A stretch of DNA of 28,562 bases, from assembly GCA_046583355.1 (NCBI GenBank), contig JAYGCM010000053.1, positions 1 through 28,562 on the forward strand. The letters are read 5' to 3'. The notes beneath the pieces are model-generated. The model worked only from the letters and a program-made list of their open reading frames with translations. It was not told where the DNA came from and made no database searches. Below are positions 26,725-28,562 of this stretch, piece after piece. Positions within the stretch are counted from its first letter, which is position 1. Every line of letters starts with the position of its first letter. Made by a program: the position numbers and the translations under genes. Origin of the DNA: Deltaproteobacteria bacterium. GTDB taxonomy: Bacteria > Desulfobacterota > Binatia > UBA12015.

Positions 26725-28314
26725 TCAATTCAGCGACAACGCCTGCGTCGGACAGAAGCGCACGGCCCGTTCGGCCTTCTCGCGCAGCTCGGGCGGTAAA
26801 TCCTTGCGGGCCAGCACGACCTTCACCTCCGTCGGATCCACCGAGAAGATCTCGGGGCATTCCGAGGCGCAGACGCCGTGCCCCTGGCAGAGGTCCGCAT
26901 CCACGTGAACCCGGGCGCCCACGGCTGGCCCGGCAGCGGCCTTTCTGGCCGCGGTCGACTCCGCCGGGGCAACCGCAAGACGCCGCCGGTAGCGGACGCG
27001 ACAGGGCTGCTGGAGCTGCACGACCATACGGGATTCATCGTTGCGGTAGCTCGCCGAGGGCTGCGCCAACTCGAACTCGTAGCGGCGCAGAAGAACACTG
27101 AAAATCGCCTTCAGCTGCATCTGCGCGAACGCGGCACCGACGCAACGATGCCGGCCGGCACCGAACGAGAGATAGGCGAAGGCGCGGCGATGCTGCGCCT
27201 CGGGCCCGGAATAGCGCGTGATATCGAAGCGCTCGGGGTCGGGGAAGTACGCGGGGAGCCGATTCGAAACCGCCGGCGACACCGCGACGTTCCAGCCTGC
27301 AGGGACGCGGAAGTTCCGAAACCGGAACTCTTCGCGCACCCGGCGCATCAACAGGACCAGCGGCGGGTGCAGGCGCAATGCCTCGGTGATCGCCGCCTCG
27401 AGAACCGGAATCTCGCGCAATGCATGGTAGCTGACGGCGGCGCCGTCCGAGAAGAGTCCGTCCAGCTCGGATGTGGTATCGGCGAGCACCTCCGAATGGC
27501 GCAACAACTCGATCAGCGTCCACGCCGCCGTACCTGAGGTCGTATGATGGCCGGCGAACATCAGCGAAATGAACATGCCGGTAATCTGGTCGGCCGTGTA
27601 ACGCGGGCGCCCCCCCTCGTCGGCTACGCGCGTAAGCGCGCCGACCAGATCCTTCGTCTTGCGTCCCTCGCGACGTCGGCTCTCGATGATCGCCTCAATG
27701 CGCCCGACCAGTTCGGCGCGCGCCGCATCGCGCCGGCGGAAAGCCGCGATCGGCAGGTGCGGACTTACATAGGCGAACGTGTCGGTGCCGCGCTCGAGTT
27801 CATGAAAAAGATCGGCGAAGTCCCCGGTGATCTCGTCGCGGAACTCCTTGCCGATTAGGCATGCACTTGAGGTATAGATCGTGAGTTCCGAGAAGAAGGC
27901 GAGCAGATCTATCTCTCCGTCGTCGCCCAACCGGTCACACATCTTCCCGGTCTCGGCCGCGATCACCTCGGCATGCCCACGCATCTGCTGATCCCGCAGC
28001 GCCTGATTTTTCATGGCCTGACGGCGCTGTTCCGGGTTCTCGGCATCGAACACAACTCCGGCCCCGAAAATCGGCTTCATGAAGGGATAAGCTTCCGCCT
28101 GGTCGAGTTGGTCGTCCGGCGCACGGAAGAACGCCTCGTGCGCCTCCTCGCCGCAAAGAAGCGCGATGCGTTGAGCGCCCAGGCGGAAGACACCCATCTC
28201 GCCGCATTCCTCATGAACCCGCCGCATCAGCGCAATCGGCGCGCGGCGAAAGGCGAAGAGATGCCCGAGCAAGGGCCAGGCGCCACTAAATATCGGAGGC
28301 AGCGGAGTTTCCAT
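26725..28314 (-). CDS. cyp51: Sterol 14-alpha-demethylase CYP51 fused to a C-terminal 3Fe-4S-type ferredoxin
   Basis: LDQAEAYPFMKPIFG.GVVFDA, MFAGHHTTSGTAAW, FGAGRHRCVGAAFA and CRVRYRRR; Ala-rich linker; DLCQGHGVCASECPEIF...CPTQALS. ATG 28314 preferred. Confidence 0.93.
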   Translation of the reverse strand: METPLPPIFSGAWPLLGHLFAFRRAPIALMRRVHEECGEMGVFRLGAQRIALLCGEEAHEAFFRAPDDQLDQAEAYPFMKPIFGAGVVFDAENPEQRRQAMKNQALRDQQMRGHAEVIAAETGKMCDRLGDDGEIDLLAFFSELTIYTSSACLIGKEFRDEITGDFADLFHELERGTDTFAYVSPHLPIAAFRRRDAARAELVGRIEAIIESRRREGRKTKDLVGALTRVADEGGRPRYTADQITGMFISLMFAGHHTTSGTAAWTLIELLRHSEVLADTTSELDGLFSDGAAVSYHALREIPVLEAAITEALRLHPPLVLLMRRVREEFRFRNFRVPAGWNVAVSPAVSNRLPAYFPDPERFDITRYSGPEAQHRRAFAYLSFGAGRHRCVGAAFAQMQLKAIFSVLLRRYEFELAQPSASYRNDESRMVVQLQQPCRVRYRRRLAVAPAESTAARKAAAGPAVGARVHVDADLCQGHGVCASECPEIFSVDPTEVKVVLARKDLPPELREKAERAVRFCPTQALSLN

Positions 28315-28384
28315 TTGCGTTCCCACAACAGCCAAGTAGCGTCTCGGCCCGTGCGAGCAAAACACGATACCGGTCGCCAGCACT

Positions 28385-28408
28385 CAGGCGGCCCGGATCG
28401 GCCGCCTG
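28385..28408. other. Perfect 9-bp GC hairpin upstream of cyp51
   Basis: CAGGCGGCC-CGGATC-GGCCGCCTG, directly abutting repeat copy 3. Confidence 0.55.
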
Positions 28409-28452
28409 CACAAGGACACACAAGGACAGAACGAGCAGGAACTCTCCGGTCA
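28409..28452 (+). repeat. Dispersed 25-bp element copy 3, preceded by 2 x 10-bp tandem
   Basis: AGAACGAGCAGGAACTCTCCGGTCA at 28428-28452 (22/25 vs copy 2); (CACAAGGACA)2 at 28409-28428. Confidence 0.85.
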
Positions 28453-28562
28453 GGGCCCGCGCTAAGAACGCACCGGCAGGGCTGCCGCGACTCAAGCGCG
28501 GGTCAACGTGCAGGCGTTGGGAATGCGCCGTTTTTTCGGGCTGGGTTAAACGCGGCGATGTT

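Overview
GC-rich bacterial window with about 26 supportable CDSs, dominated by lipid and sterol metabolism. It has four cytochrome P450s (CYP142-like, CYP107-like, CYP124/125-like and a CYP51-ferredoxin fusion), an Rv0762c-like NTF2 protein, an acyl-CoA ligase, an acyl-CoA dehydrogenase, an EchA12-like enoyl-CoA hydratase, an MpaB/Lcp-type oxygenase and two tandem fatty-acid desaturases under a divergent TetR. Housekeeping genes (greB, an RdgC-like pair, an RluA-family gene) and secreted accessory proteins (DUF3604, a vWA/Cys-rich protein, an esterase) are interspersed. The split RdgC pair and myxobacterial-type Cys repeats suggest a deltaproteobacteria-like host (Myxococcota/Binatia, inferred) carrying actinobacteria-like sterol genes. 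Non-coding signals read directly from the DNA are: a triple 15-bp-period palindromic operator over a TTGACA-N17-TAAGTT promoter; a dispersed 25-bp element in three copies, two flanking the lower-GC rluA gene as inverted repeats; an ~89-bp diverged direct repeat, made of two gene tails, bracketing a two-gene cassette; a frameshifted PQQ-dehydrogenase remnant; and a KstR2-like box. Family assignments come from motif recognition and recalled sequences, not database searches. No rRNA, tRNA, CRISPR array or transposase was seen.
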